Shown here: in pieces, positions 50,380-60,903 of the stretch
Layout: every line of letters begins with the position of its first letter
Position numbering within the stretch: the stretch's first letter is position 1
Origin: a virus
IMG/VR virus record: IMGVR_UViG_3300042691_027063
Location: 1-64,000 of that record
Length of the DNA: 64,000 nucleotides
Direction: 5' to 3' (one strand)
Program-made: the position numbers and the translations under genes
The notes under the pieces: generated by a model
What the model saw: the letters and a program-made list of their open reading frames with translations, nothing else
The model's database searches: none
Told to the model about the DNA's origin: nothing

Positions 50380-51394
50380 TTAGTTCTCCTCTATATTTGA
50401 TTCACATTGAAATTGAACAGAATCCATTTGGTAATCCTCGAACAAATGTGGTCCCATAACTACACTTTCTTTTTGTCTTGAAATAGACCAGTCTTTATGA
50501 ATATTTGTTAAAGAGTTATAGGAAATAAAACAATAATCATATTTAGATGTTAGCTGTTGAAATTTAATCATTTTGTAACCGCCCTGAAATTAACAAACTC
50601 AGAACCTGAATCTGTTTTTTCAATTATATGTCTACCTTCCCAGGAGTATCCCTTTTCTGATGTTTTATTTTCCTCTGAAATGTAAATAGCAAAGTTGTAG
50701 TGATATTCCGATTTATCGAGTGGCAACATATATTGTGTAATTTCAATCATACTGGATGTCCCATAATATCATCTTCCTCTGTTTCATTATACTCATCTCG
50801 ATTGACGTTGTAAAGTAAATTCTCATACATCTTATGAATTACTTTATTACCATCAATATTCAATACTCTAGAGTTATTTGAATGTGGTTCTAGAATTTCT
50901 AAAGGTCTTAAATCATTGAAGTCTTTTACCTTACACTCAGGAAATAGTTCATTGAATGTTCCAACTGTCTGGACTTCTAAGTTGTCGAACTTATTAATTC
51001 TTTCACCAATTGTATAAAATTTAGATTTCATATTTAAATGCTCCTTTGTCTAAAAGCCACTCTTGATTTTCAAACTTTTCTTTTTCTATTACTGAAAATT
51101 TAAGGTCTATACCTTGCTTTAATAAATTACTTAACCAACTATATCGATTTTGAAATAAGATCATTTATCAACCTCTTCCTTTTTAGCCTGACATTTGCGA
51201 CAGGTTATATATTTATTATTACTGAAATAAGAATCTTCGTACCATTCGTGCTTACATTTAGGAGTTTCTTCTAGTTCAAAATATCCCCAATCATCTGGGT
51301 TGATATAGTAAGGATCGTATTCTCTGTCCCACTTAGTACCAGAAAAAAGCTTTTCAATTTCTTCATCTGTTAGCGTAATTGGTTTATGCATATA

Positions 51395-51958
51395 CTACCT
51401 CAATTCATATACATATCGTAATTTTCTTTCTTGTTTTAAAACAGATGCTTCGCCTTTTTTAATTGCATCTTGAATTCTCTTAGCGTCTTTAGAGTACTCA
51501 CCATCTTTCTTTTGATATAGCTGTCTAATATGGTAGTATCTATCTCCCCACTTTACAACCCTAGCATTATTCTTTTCTAAGCCATCGAACTTGAAGTTAG
51601 TTGCTTTATATATTGTTCCTTGGTGACCTTTATTTGGATCAGCAAATGTTATAACTCTAGTATATCTCTTTTTCTTTAAGTGTCTAAGAGTAGCACCTAG
51701 AAAGAAACTCTCTGTGTTCTTCGGGGTATCGTCAATTAAACAGAATCTACGAAGCTCTAAATCGTTCATGTCACAGTTTGCCCCACAAGGCTGACCATAG
51801 ATAGCTACCCCACAAAGTTCTCCAAATTCGCTCAACAAAAGAAAAACTTCCTTTTGTTTCATTGATCTACAACTCTTAGAGTAATGCCACTTTTCTACAA
51901 AGTCAATAGTATTCTTTGAAAGGATCGATCCTACTGGCACGATTTTATATCTCATCAA
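51395..51958 (-). CDS. Mom-family (GNAT-fold) DNA adenine modification enzyme
   Basis: HYSK, GVAIYG.P, ELRRFC, NTESFFLG, ITFADP..GHQGTIYKATNF, KLRYVY. Confidence 0.8.
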   Translation of the reverse strand: MMRYKIVPVGSILSKNTIDFVEKWHYSKSCRSMKQKEVFLLLSEFGELCGVAIYGQPCGANCDMNDLELRRFCLIDDTPKNTESFFLGATLRHLKKKRYTRVITFADPNKGHQGTIYKATNFKFDGLEKNNARVVKWGDRYYHIRQLYQKKDGEYSKDAKRIQDAIKKGEASVLKQERKLRYVYELR

Positions 51959-53747
51959 TCTCCCCAGATTTTTGTATAGCTATCTTTAAATTGATTACTA
52001 AAATCTATTGATGCATATCCAGTTGTTCCATTATATCTAGGAAATGATGTTATTTCTCCATTCCATGTAATAAAGAAAAGGTCTTGACCACACATATCAT
52101 TAGTGTTTTTATATTGAGAAATTCTAAGCATTGAAGTCTCCAATTTCAACATGATCTAAAAACTTCGAAGACACTGTACTGTGACTTCTAGGAACTCCGT
52201 TTTGTAAGTAGTGGAGGATTCCATCTTTTACAAAGTCAAAACAAAGCTGATCTCTTTGGTTAGGCGTTTTAATATATTGAAGTATTTTAATCATTGAAGA
52301 CTCCTATTAGATTATATCCAATTAGCTCATCATATTTATAGTGCATCGAATAGATAATACCTCTATTTTGATAATAAAGAGTATCACCTATAAGCTTATC
52401 AAGCATAAGCTCAAACTGTCCAAAATTGACTTGGATGATCTTCATTGTAAGTTCCTGTAATTAATATGATTTTAAATTTTTATTGAAGCGATGTTCATTT
52501 TTTACTTGACAGCATTTTCTTGACGTGATATATAACAACTATGCACAGTATATAATTGAAAGATGGTTGATTTAAGGACAGGTATATTCAAATTTTACTC
52601 TTGACTTTGTGAAATATTCTTTATAGTCTGGTCTAGTTATATTTCCTTCCTCAAAACCATGTATAGTATTTCTACTATACTTAAACCAAATATCCTTTCT
52701 CCTTACTATAGTAAAGGAAAGTGAGTTATATCCTACATCGCTACCATACTGAAAAATGTATATCATTATTTACTCCATATTAAATTATAGAATTTACTTT
52801 CTACTATAAAACCAATGGATACATAACATCCGCCTAAGTCCTCTGTTTTTTTATTAGGATATTTATAAAAACTTCTATCTAATTCCTTATTGTATGAAAT
52901 AAAACAGAGGTGAAACTCCGAACTTTTACGAACGCACTGATCGAATCTCATCATAAACTTTAACTCCTAATTCCTTGAGTCTAGCTCTACAATTAATCTT
53001 AGCTTGCTTTATACTGGAAGCTTGACCTATAATAATTACTGACAAATTGTGATCTATAATTCTGTAAGTGAAATCGTTTTGATTTATTAGAGCTTGTAGG
53101 ATTGTATTTTTAGAGACAATGAATTGCTGAGATGCAAGTATGTTTGGGGCTTTATCTAAGGGCTTATATTGAATCCTCGTCATTGTCAAAACCTCCTTCA
53201 TAGAGTTCAACAAATCTATCTTCACCAACACAGAACAAAACCTTATCTCTGTTAACAGTTGCGAGATATGCTTGACTTTGTTTTTCAGGTGAATTAACTA
53301 GAACTTGCTCAAAAGCAAAGGCTAAACATTCTTCAGCAGATAAAGATTTATAAGAGCTATTTAGCTGAATTTCCTCAACTTGATCCTCAATCGCTCTTAA
53401 TAGTTCCTTTACTTTTTTATTTCTCATTTTACCTTGTGGTCATAAATAACCAAATCCAGAATATTGGAAATGAAAGATAAAAAATAATACCATAGAAAGC
53501 CAAACTTGTCAAGGCATTAGCTACTCTAAATCCAATAATCTTACAAAAGAAGAGCAAGATAATTGCTCCAGCAATAACGTATCTCATTTGATCCTTGTAT
53601 AAAATATATTATATTCTTTATCATAGCTATAGGAAGCTAGTATTTGTCCTGTTTTTAATGTACTAACTTTTTCTTGTAAACAAGCAAACTGCAAGCACCA
53701 TACTGTCTTCTCTTTAGCCATAGCTTTATATTGTTTTATAATAAACA

Positions 53748-54068
53748 TTAATGCAATCCTTCTTTCTTAGCTGGTTTACTTGGCATATCCAACTCAATTC
53801 CAAGTTCACTAGAAAGCTCGTCAAATATATCTTCCGTAAGTTCGATAAGCTTAATAGGTTCATTCTGCTCACTAATTATATTAGCAAACTCACTTTCAAA
53901 AACAGAAAAAGCTTTCTTCATCAAGTCCATAGTTTTATTGTATGGGTCTTTTTCAAATTCAAGCTCGTCCTCTTTTTCCATAAGCTCGGCGGCTGCATCT
54001 GAAAATAATCCAAATGCTTGAGTCATCATTGTGAGAAGAAGTAACTGTGCTTTTTCTTTATCATTCAT
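53748..54068 (-). CDS. Acidic hypothetical protein
   Basis: ORF track. Confidence 0.5.
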   Translation of the reverse strand: MNDKEKAQLLLLTMMTQAFGLFSDAAAELMEKEDELEFEKDPYNKTMDLMKKAFSVFESEFANIISEQNEPIKLIELTEDIFDELSSELGIELDMPSKPAKKEGLH

Positions 54069-54396
54069 TGTTTAATCCTAGTGAAGAAGTATGTTTCTTT
54101 TTTTCTAAGTCTGCGATGACTTGACCGACCGCTAGTACTCCAGCTATAAAGATATTCGTTAAAGTTTTTTCCTTTGTAAAATGTTAAATCTCTGAAATTA
54201 AAATCGAAGCTTTTTCTTTGTGCAATTAACATATCAATCCTTTATGTATTTAAATTCTCTACAAACTGGTGGTTTCATTATCCAACTATTAATATACCAC
54301 CAGTTATAAATACTTCTATCATTTTCTACCGATGTTCCGCAATTCCCAATTAGTAATAAAAACTTAAATCTAATTCTTTCATTTACTCCAATTTCT

Positions 54397-55152
54397 TTAT
54401 GGTCGAACTGGTAAATTCTCATTGATGTACTCCTTCATTGCAACTACCCAACGCTGGGCATTATTAGAGTTCAATCCTGGTGCTGAGTTTACTTCACAAA
54501 CAAAGAAGTTACCATCCTTATCTCGAATCAAATCTACTCCACCAAATAATAAACCAAGAGCATTTACTGCATCAATTGCAATTTTTTGACCGACTTCATT
54601 ACATCGACTTCTTGTAGGATTGACGAGACTAAAGTGGCAGTTATGTGACTTGAATAAAGCGGGTCGTTCGTAGTTTTCTTCATTGATATTATTAGGAATC
54701 TTTTCGTAAATGGCTACGATCTTGGAATTGAAGACATGAACTCGATACTCTCTCCTCTTATTTGGAATTGGCTTAGAGGCATACTGATCTGTTACTGGAT
54801 TGAAGTCATTACCATAACGAACTTCACCTTGTCTCGATCTGATATAGTAGTTATTAGTTGTATCTTTTACTGAATCAATGCTAGTTAATTCTGTAGTAAA
54901 TACAGGCATTGGAATATTTGCAGCAGAAAGTAATTGCATCATTCTTAGTTTATTGCTAGCGTTTAATACCGCCTCTGCTGTATTAAGTTCTAGTCTAGCT
55001 GTAGTCCTATTGAATACCTCAGAGCTACCCCAACGAATAAGAACATCTAATTTAGCACGACGCTGTGTTTTCTTTCTAGGACAGGAAAGAATCTGACGAA
55101 GAAGCTTTCCAGTGTTGGATGATTTAGAATGGTAGGCAATCATTGTTTTCAT
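54397..55152 (-). CDS. ATP-grasp ligase (RimK/YheCD-like)
   Basis: IRWG, ASNKL, REYRVHV, ALGLLFGGVDL, CEVNSAPG. Confidence 0.9.
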   Translation of the reverse strand: MKTMIAYHSKSSNTGKLLRQILSCPRKKTQRRAKLDVLIRWGSSEVFNRTTARLELNTAEAVLNASNKLRMMQLLSAANIPMPVFTTELTSIDSVKDTTNNYYIRSRQGEVRYGNDFNPVTDQYASKPIPNKRREYRVHVFNSKIVAIYEKIPNNINEENYERPALFKSHNCHFSLVNPTRSRCNEVGQKIAIDAVNALGLLFGGVDLIRDKDGNFFVCEVNSAPGLNSNNAQRWVVAMKEYINENLPVRP

Positions 55153-55501
55153 TTTTAACCTTCGCTTCTAACTTAGCTGTGAAACTATATCGATGTTTCT
55201 CTATCGATTCATTATAGAAATCTTTTTTATTAATCTGTTTGATTAAACAAATATGATTAAGAATTCTACCAAAAGACAATTCGTACACAATGAGACGAGA
55301 ATGGTCTCTCATTTTATACTGAACGATTTCCATATTAGTTCACCTTATAAAGTTCAATAAGTTGATCGTCAAAAACCCAACCACTAATACTGTCACATCC
55401 AAGACTCCCCCACCTATCATCGTATTTATTTTTAATCCAAAATAATAATTGTCTTGGTCTACTATAGAAAGAGTTATTTTTTAATTGACATATCTTCATA
55501 T

Positions 55502-56710
55502 TTATCCTTTAGCTTCTCCATAAGCAGAATTAAATACAAATTCAATCTCATCTACAACATCTTGGAAATCATCGAACTGCCAAGTATCTTGACGAAGATG
55601 AGTTGGAAGACATTCATACATATAAGAAAAATTACATCCGAACTCAGCGTCATACTCATATAGTCGATCGATCAATGGTTCGTCAACGTCATAAAGGAAA
55701 TCGAAAAGATCGGCGATGTTATAGAACTGTTCTCTTTCTGAGACCTGCGATAATACCTGAGTCTCTTCTCTCTCTGATTCTTTCTTCGAGGGTTTTGAAG
55801 GATTCATTGGTAGAAGGTAAGCTTGACTTTTTTTTTCTGGCTGACTTGCTTTTCCAGACATACGCTCCCAATCGAATCCGCCGTAGTAATTGCCTCGGCT
55901 ATTGAGAACCGAATCATTTAGCTGCGTTTGAGAAATAAGCTGACCAGTTACAGCATTGAATCGGAATAACTTATTTTCTTTAATCATTGATGGTTTTGTA
56001 AATTCAAGTCCGAGCTTTGTTGCTGTTGATGTGATGATGTCGGTAGTCGTTGCCATTACTATTCCGAATCCTTCGATTTGTGAATAATATAACCCCGCAT
56101 CATTACGAATAACGTCAAGAATGCGAGTGCCGTCAGAGTCCCGAGTAAGAATACCAAACGCCCAATAACCAGAAAGAGTGTTAAGCCAAGCTTGCGCATT
56201 GGAAATATCCTTACCTACGTTATGATTGATATATGATTGCAACGCTGCCTCTGAATCGCAAGTAGAAATTTTATTAAGTCCAAGTGTAAAAGAGTTACTG
56301 ATAACTCCGTTATGTACTAGAGAATGATCTGCGTCAACGAATGGGTGTGTATTGGCGAACTCTTTTCCACAGGTAGCATAACGTGTGTGCATTGTTACTG
56401 TCGTAACATTTTCAAATGTCGGAACATCTACACCAAACAAAGAATAGTTTTGATCGATGTTAGTATATTTAGACAAATGCTTTTTATATGCAAGAAGTTC
56501 TTTAGCAATCTTCTCATCTCTAATTGCGTCTCGATCAAAGAACAAATCGTTATCATGCCATCGCTCAGTAAAGAAGTTACCATCATTCTTTACTGCACTA
56601 TAACCAATTCCCATGTTGTTACCAACAGACATTGGAACCTTAGCTTCTAGCATAAATTTTTCAGTTAGCGATGGATTCTTAAGACCTGTCATAAGTAATA
56701 ATCGACACAT
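55502..56710 (-). CDS. Class II (Ntn) glutamine amidotransferase
   Basis: N-terminal M-C nucleophile, HTRYAT, NTHPF, HNGVI, CDSE, G.WAF. Confidence 0.9.
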   Translation of the reverse strand: MCRLLLMTGLKNPSLTEKFMLEAKVPMSVGNNMGIGYSAVKNDGNFFTERWHDNDLFFDRDAIRDEKIAKELLAYKKHLSKYTNIDQNYSLFGVDVPTFENVTTVTMHTRYATCGKEFANTHPFVDADHSLVHNGVISNSFTLGLNKISTCDSEAALQSYINHNVGKDISNAQAWLNTLSGYWAFGILTRDSDGTRILDVIRNDAGLYYSQIEGFGIVMATTTDIITSTATKLGLEFTKPSMIKENKLFRFNAVTGQLISQTQLNDSVLNSRGNYYGGFDWERMSGKASQPEKKSQAYLLPMNPSKPSKKESEREETQVLSQVSEREQFYNIADLFDFLYDVDEPLIDRLYEYDAEFGCNFSYMYECLPTHLRQDTWQFDDFQDVVDEIEFVFNSAYGEAKG

Positions 56711-56956
56711 CAATAATTTCCTTTGTTTAATTTGATAATAGATATAATTCCATTTCTTAGAGTTATCTTTTGTTTTAAACCATTTGGTTGAAGCATATCA
56801 TAATCTTTTGATATGACCATACCATTTAAGTATAAAGTAGAAGATGTAATTTCACTACAAGCGTCAGAATATAGCGGGTCTGGTAGACTGAGAGTCAATA
56901 GCAGAGTGTTCTGGAATATCTCTACTCCAGAACCTCTGTAATAAAAGAACTTGATT

Positions 56957-58363
56957 TTAGGCTGCTTCGAACTCTTCGTTGCCGTTCTCATCGATTCGAG
57001 ATGAAACGTAGTCCATAGCAACTTTAGGGATAGATGGAGCCACCGAAGAAAGTTCCGTAATTGTCTCCATTTTCTTTGTAATAAGTTGAGCATTGTTCAC
57101 TACTCCGATAAGAAACTTACACCAGTTAATAATCTGAACACAGTTTACTGTACCCTCGTGAACTCGAATCTCAAGAGTTTGGAACTTCTTAAATGCGTGA
57201 GTGTTAATAACGCTATATCTTTCAGAATCGTTACGCTCCTGTGTTACTTTGAAAGAAGAGTTTTTATTTGGTTTACAGTATGTATTTAGCTGTCTATACT
57301 CAGGTTGAGCTTTACGCATTAGACTCATTGTGTTAAACAATGCAGCGTATGAAGTCTCTGCGTTTCGAGTTCTGTGATCGAGATGAACGTGCAATCCACA
57401 AGATCGGTTTACAAGTGCATTGATTTCCTTGTCCCGTAGAACTTTTTGGATTCGCATTAGGACATTTTCTAGCTCATCTTCCGAGACTAAAACTCGAATT
57501 TCGCAAGAGAAATAATTCGGTGCATCTACATTGATCGAACCATCATCTGTAACATTGACATACTTATGAAGGCGAGCTTCGATGAATTTCTTCTTAAGCT
57601 TGTCACGACCACCCTTAACGATACACTCAATCTCGATACCAACATATTTTTTATTTGGATCGGAAGGAACTTTGTTTTGCTCAATAAAAGTAACAAGTCC
57701 TTGCTCAAAGATTTTACCATAAACATTGGATTCAACATTGATGCCACCCAACTTACGAACCTTAACACCTTGAACTTCTTTGACTGTCTCTTTTAGAACA
57801 TTAGCTCTACGCTGTTCTGTGATAAGAGAGGCAAGGTGCATCTCTAACTCTTCTTTTTTGTCAGCTAGAGAAGTCTCAACTTCTACAACTCGCTTGAGCT
57901 TATCAACATAAAACTTTGTAGTTGCTGGATTTAGAGCAGATGAGATGGCGAGTTCAATTTTCTCAATCTCAGCAGCGTTCGCCTTCATTGTCCGACCATT
58001 TGGCTTATACTTTAGAGCCAAACGCTCACGCTTTTGACGAAGAAGTGAAAGCTCTGTTTGCAATTGACTCACATCAATCTTATCTTCAATCTTTCGATAA
58101 GCAATGGTTCGTTTACATACAGCAGGTTGACAATCTGCAACTCTGAGAATTGGATTTCCTTGAACCTCTGGAACATTGAGAACTTCTACCTCAATGATTT
58201 CACCATGATAGCTATGCTTATCAGTTCTAAGAACTTTGAAAAGCCAATCACGCATAATACCAACATAACCTAGCTGACCGAAATGACCATCTAGTTTGAA
58301 ATTTTCAGCGAACATAGATGGATTAAGACGGATAACAGAACCAACTTTAATTTGATTTGACAT
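56957..58363 (-). CDS. COOH-NH2 ligase (putative amidoligase) with N-terminal coiled-coil extension
   Basis: GIEIE, DDGSI, CEI, CGLHVHLD, RYSVIN, TLEIRVHEGT; GGAGG RBS. Confidence 0.88.
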   Translation of the reverse strand: MSNQIKVGSVIRLNPSMFAENFKLDGHFGQLGYVGIMRDWLFKVLRTDKHSYHGEIIEVEVLNVPEVQGNPILRVADCQPAVCKRTIAYRKIEDKIDVSQLQTELSLLRQKRERLALKYKPNGRTMKANAAEIEKIELAISSALNPATTKFYVDKLKRVVEVETSLADKKEELEMHLASLITEQRRANVLKETVKEVQGVKVRKLGGINVESNVYGKIFEQGLVTFIEQNKVPSDPNKKYVGIEIECIVKGGRDKLKKKFIEARLHKYVNVTDDGSINVDAPNYFSCEIRVLVSEDELENVLMRIQKVLRDKEINALVNRSCGLHVHLDHRTRNAETSYAALFNTMSLMRKAQPEYRQLNTYCKPNKNSSFKVTQERNDSERYSVINTHAFKKFQTLEIRVHEGTVNCVQIINWCKFLIGVVNNAQLITKKMETITELSSVAPSIPKVAMDYVSSRIDENGNEEFEAA

Positions 58364-58439
58364 AGACAATACCTCCGAGTTATGTCAATTATTATTTACA
58401 TTTTCATTGGAGTCAATACCCCAAATTTTACCTTCATGT

Positions 58440-58853
58440 TCAAGTACGTTTTGCTCGAACCATTCTTTTAGTTCTTGCTCTGATTTTCTTTCGAGTTCGA
58501 GTTGAAGAAATAGATTTAATTTCCATACCTTTTTTGACTGGAACACTTTTGATTCTTCCATTTTTCCTCATCTCTACTGGGATTGTTATTTGATTAATAA
58601 ATTCAATACAATTGGTCGGTATGCTATGAATAGCATTTATGTTATATTTATTTGAGAAAAAAGAAGGAGTCAATCTACCTAGAGTCATAATCTCAATAGG
58701 AATATCTTCACCTTCCTCGTCATCCCAAATTTCATCTGTATAAGTATCGTTTCTTTTAATATAAAACTCAAGTTCTTTATTAGGAGAAACTCCACCATAT
58801 AACTCATCACAAGTAGACTCATCAAGTATCTGAGCTAGAGTTATTTTTTCCAT
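58440..58853 (-). CDS. Hypothetical protein
   Basis: ORF track; GGAG RBS. Confidence 0.5.
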   Translation of the reverse strand: MEKITLAQILDESTCDELYGGVSPNKELEFYIKRNDTYTDEIWDDEEGEDIPIEIMTLGRLTPSFFSNKYNINAIHSIPTNCIEFINQITIPVEMRKNGRIKSVPVKKGMEIKSISSTRTRKKIRARTKRMVRAKRT

Positions 58854-59254
58854 TTAAATCTCCAGTATAAAAAGTGAATCTATTTGGCTCATCTTCTGTT
58901 GCATTTTTTAGTTTACGTTCTTGTTTAATTGGTGTTTTTCTTCCTTCATCTTTCCAAGTATAATAGTCACTTAGTACACATCTAAATTTAAGATGTGCTC
59001 CTTTTACCCAACTTTTATCATCCTTGTATTGAGCTATCTTCATTTTTTAACCCTTTAAGATTATACCTAAAGTCAGATTTTTCCGTATAAATGTACATAC
59101 CAGACGAGACTAACATCGTCTTTTTGCTTTCACAATTATACCAAGTTCCTTTTTTGTGATCTTTATTTATAACAATCACATTAAATCCTAAATGCGATTG
59201 CCAAATATATTTTCCGTCGATCGGAGTTTGATCGAAGTAAATCATAATCCTCCT

Positions 59255-59340
59255 AAATAGTGACGAGCCGTCACCTCACAACTACTTTCCTGTCATCCAA
59301 CAACAGAGGTCAGTAACCTTACGAGTTAGGTATGTGACAC
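59255..59340 (-). ncRNA. Unassigned repeated RNA motif, copy C
   Basis: GUGUCACAUACC-45 nt two-hairpin insert-AGUUGUGA-GGUGACG GCU CGUCACU-AUUU, then AGGAGG RBS. Confidence 0.65.
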
Positions 59341-59353
59341 CTAGCATTTTATA

Positions 59354-59617
59354 TTAGGCTTTCAGCTTCTCAGTAGAAAGCTTGTCCGCATTTTCATTAA
59401 TAAAATCGGCTAACTCAGGAGCCGAAAAAAGATCAGCTAACTTTTGAGCTTGATTAACATACAAGCTAACTGGAAATCTTGAGTTCAATCCGTAGATAAG
59501 AAGGTTCCCTTTATCACCTACCTTAACAGTCAATCCTCCGATTCTCTTAGTTGGAATCAAAGCCTTCATTTCCTTGAGCTTTGCTTCTAGTGCCTTGATT
59601 TCTTCTTTAGTTGTCAT
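59354..59617 (-). CDS. Conserved small protein
   Basis: LTVKVGDKG.L.IYGL.SRFPVSLY..Q motif; AGGAG RBS. Confidence 0.65.
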   Translation of the reverse strand: MTTKEEIKALEAKLKEMKALIPTKRIGGLTVKVGDKGNLLIYGLNSRFPVSLYVNQAQKLADLFSAPELADFINENADKLSTEKLKA

Positions 59618-60066
59618 TTTCTTTCTCCTTTTTTTCAAAGCGAAATCTGCTTTGATTGTATTGATTAACAAATAAATAGTTATCTATTCCATTCGGACAA
59701 TTAACTTTCTCAAATAGGTTAGTTCTATATTTAGAATTAACGTCTATACAAACAAATAGCAACGAAGATTTTTCATCTGCCCATCCATCTGGTATCCTCT
59801 GTTTTAAAATCATGTGATTCATTTTTACCTCTAGTTGAAGCAATAAAATCTGTTAAGTAGCTTCTTGAGTCTCTATAACCATTTTTATTAAATATCCCCC
59901 AAGGTCTTGAACAAAAAGATTTATCCTTTTCATCAAAATCAAAGCCAAAGTTATAATTAGCATTAGCGTCGTTTCTAGTTCCGAATTGGTATATTTTAAA
60001 CATATTATATCTCACTTAATATCACTAACCCTATGTAAAATAAAACACAGTAACCCAATAACTCGA

Positions 60067-60318
60067 TCATTGAATCTTCCAATTGAGACAGTCTGTCAAG
60101 CTATAATCATAACCTCGCCAGTTACCACCTCTTTGAATCATGTTTAGTTCGCTCATAGTTTTAAGTAATTGTCTTACTTTAGTTTCAGACAATCCGCTTC
60201 TAACTACAAGTCCAGACAATGTTAGAGTCCGATACTTTTTGAGCGTATGATAGAGAAGAAACATGGAAGCACCATAGTTTCTAGCCATCTCTAACTCTAA
60301 ATCATTCATACCATGCAC
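60067..60318 (-). CDS. Winged helix-turn-helix DNA-binding protein
   Basis: LTLSGLVVRSGLSETKVRQLLKTM...MIQR.G...Y.L. Confidence 0.75.
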   Translation of the reverse strand: MHGMNDLELEMARNYGASMFLLYHTLKKYRTLTLSGLVVRSGLSETKVRQLLKTMSELNMIQRGGNWRGYDYSLTDCLNWKIQ

Positions 60319-60538
60319 CTTGGTAAGTAAAGCCTAAATTTTTCTGCAAGTTACGCAACATTTTTTGCTGCTGTGGAGAAAGTTCAGGCTTTGTATAAAC
60401 TTTCTCAGGTTGATTGTAAATAGCCTTTAAGCTAGCATCATAGCCCGCTTTGTTGCTATTTTTACCCAAGTCCTTTGCATTTTTTGAATTCAATTTTTCA
60501 GGTGGCTTAGGGAAGATTTTCTTTCTTGATTTTGCCAT
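60302..60538 (-). CDS. Basic hypothetical protein
   Basis: ORF track; AGGAG RBS. Confidence 0.5.
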   Translation of the reverse strand: MAKSRKKIFPKPPEKLNSKNAKDLGKNSNKAGYDASLKAIYNQPEKVYTKPELSPQQQKMLRNLQKNLGFTYQGAWYE

Positions 60539-60903
60539 AACCTACTCCTTAATTATAGCATCTTCCTTGATGCAAAATTGACCATTCGTGGTCTTGATTA
60601 ATACACCACCAGCTTGGAAACATTTAGAATCCACCTTAAGCGTTTTGTATACAAAAAAGCCGAGAATAAAAACGAAAAGCATAGACAAAACTACTATGCC
60701 GATTCTATTAATCATTGTTTTTCCTCAACCATATAGTTAAGTAATAGCTCGTCACACTTCTTAAGTTCAGAAATATATGCCTGAGTAAGAAGCCAATCAC
60801 GCTCAGAATATATCTGAATCTTTGTCTCAAGTAAAGAGATATGTTCTACTAGTTTTTCTTTTGGCATTGTTTCTATATATAACATAGATACCTCCAGTAT
60901 TAT

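Larger units (their letters stand above)
50380..60003 (-). other. Dispersed family of ~17 microprotein genes (M-x(1-2)-hydrophobic-x-Q ... (L/F/Y)xF)
   Basis: Members: 50380-50571, 50568-50750, 51021-51164, 51955-52131, 52124-52294, 52287-52445, 52572-52766, 52766-52954, 53584-53748, 54065-54232, 54234-54422, 55124-55333, 55335-55499, 58822-59043, 59018-59245, 59607-59822, 59773-60003 (six translated by hand). Confidence 0.65.

Noticed and set aside
609-58273. Numerous short ORFs antisense to, or nested in, long genes
   Set aside because: Shadow frames without RBS or protein-like motifs.
59260-59274. matS site (GTGAC...GTCAC)
   Set aside because: The spacer is 5 bp rather than 3, and the other two motif copies change these bases while keeping RNA pairing.
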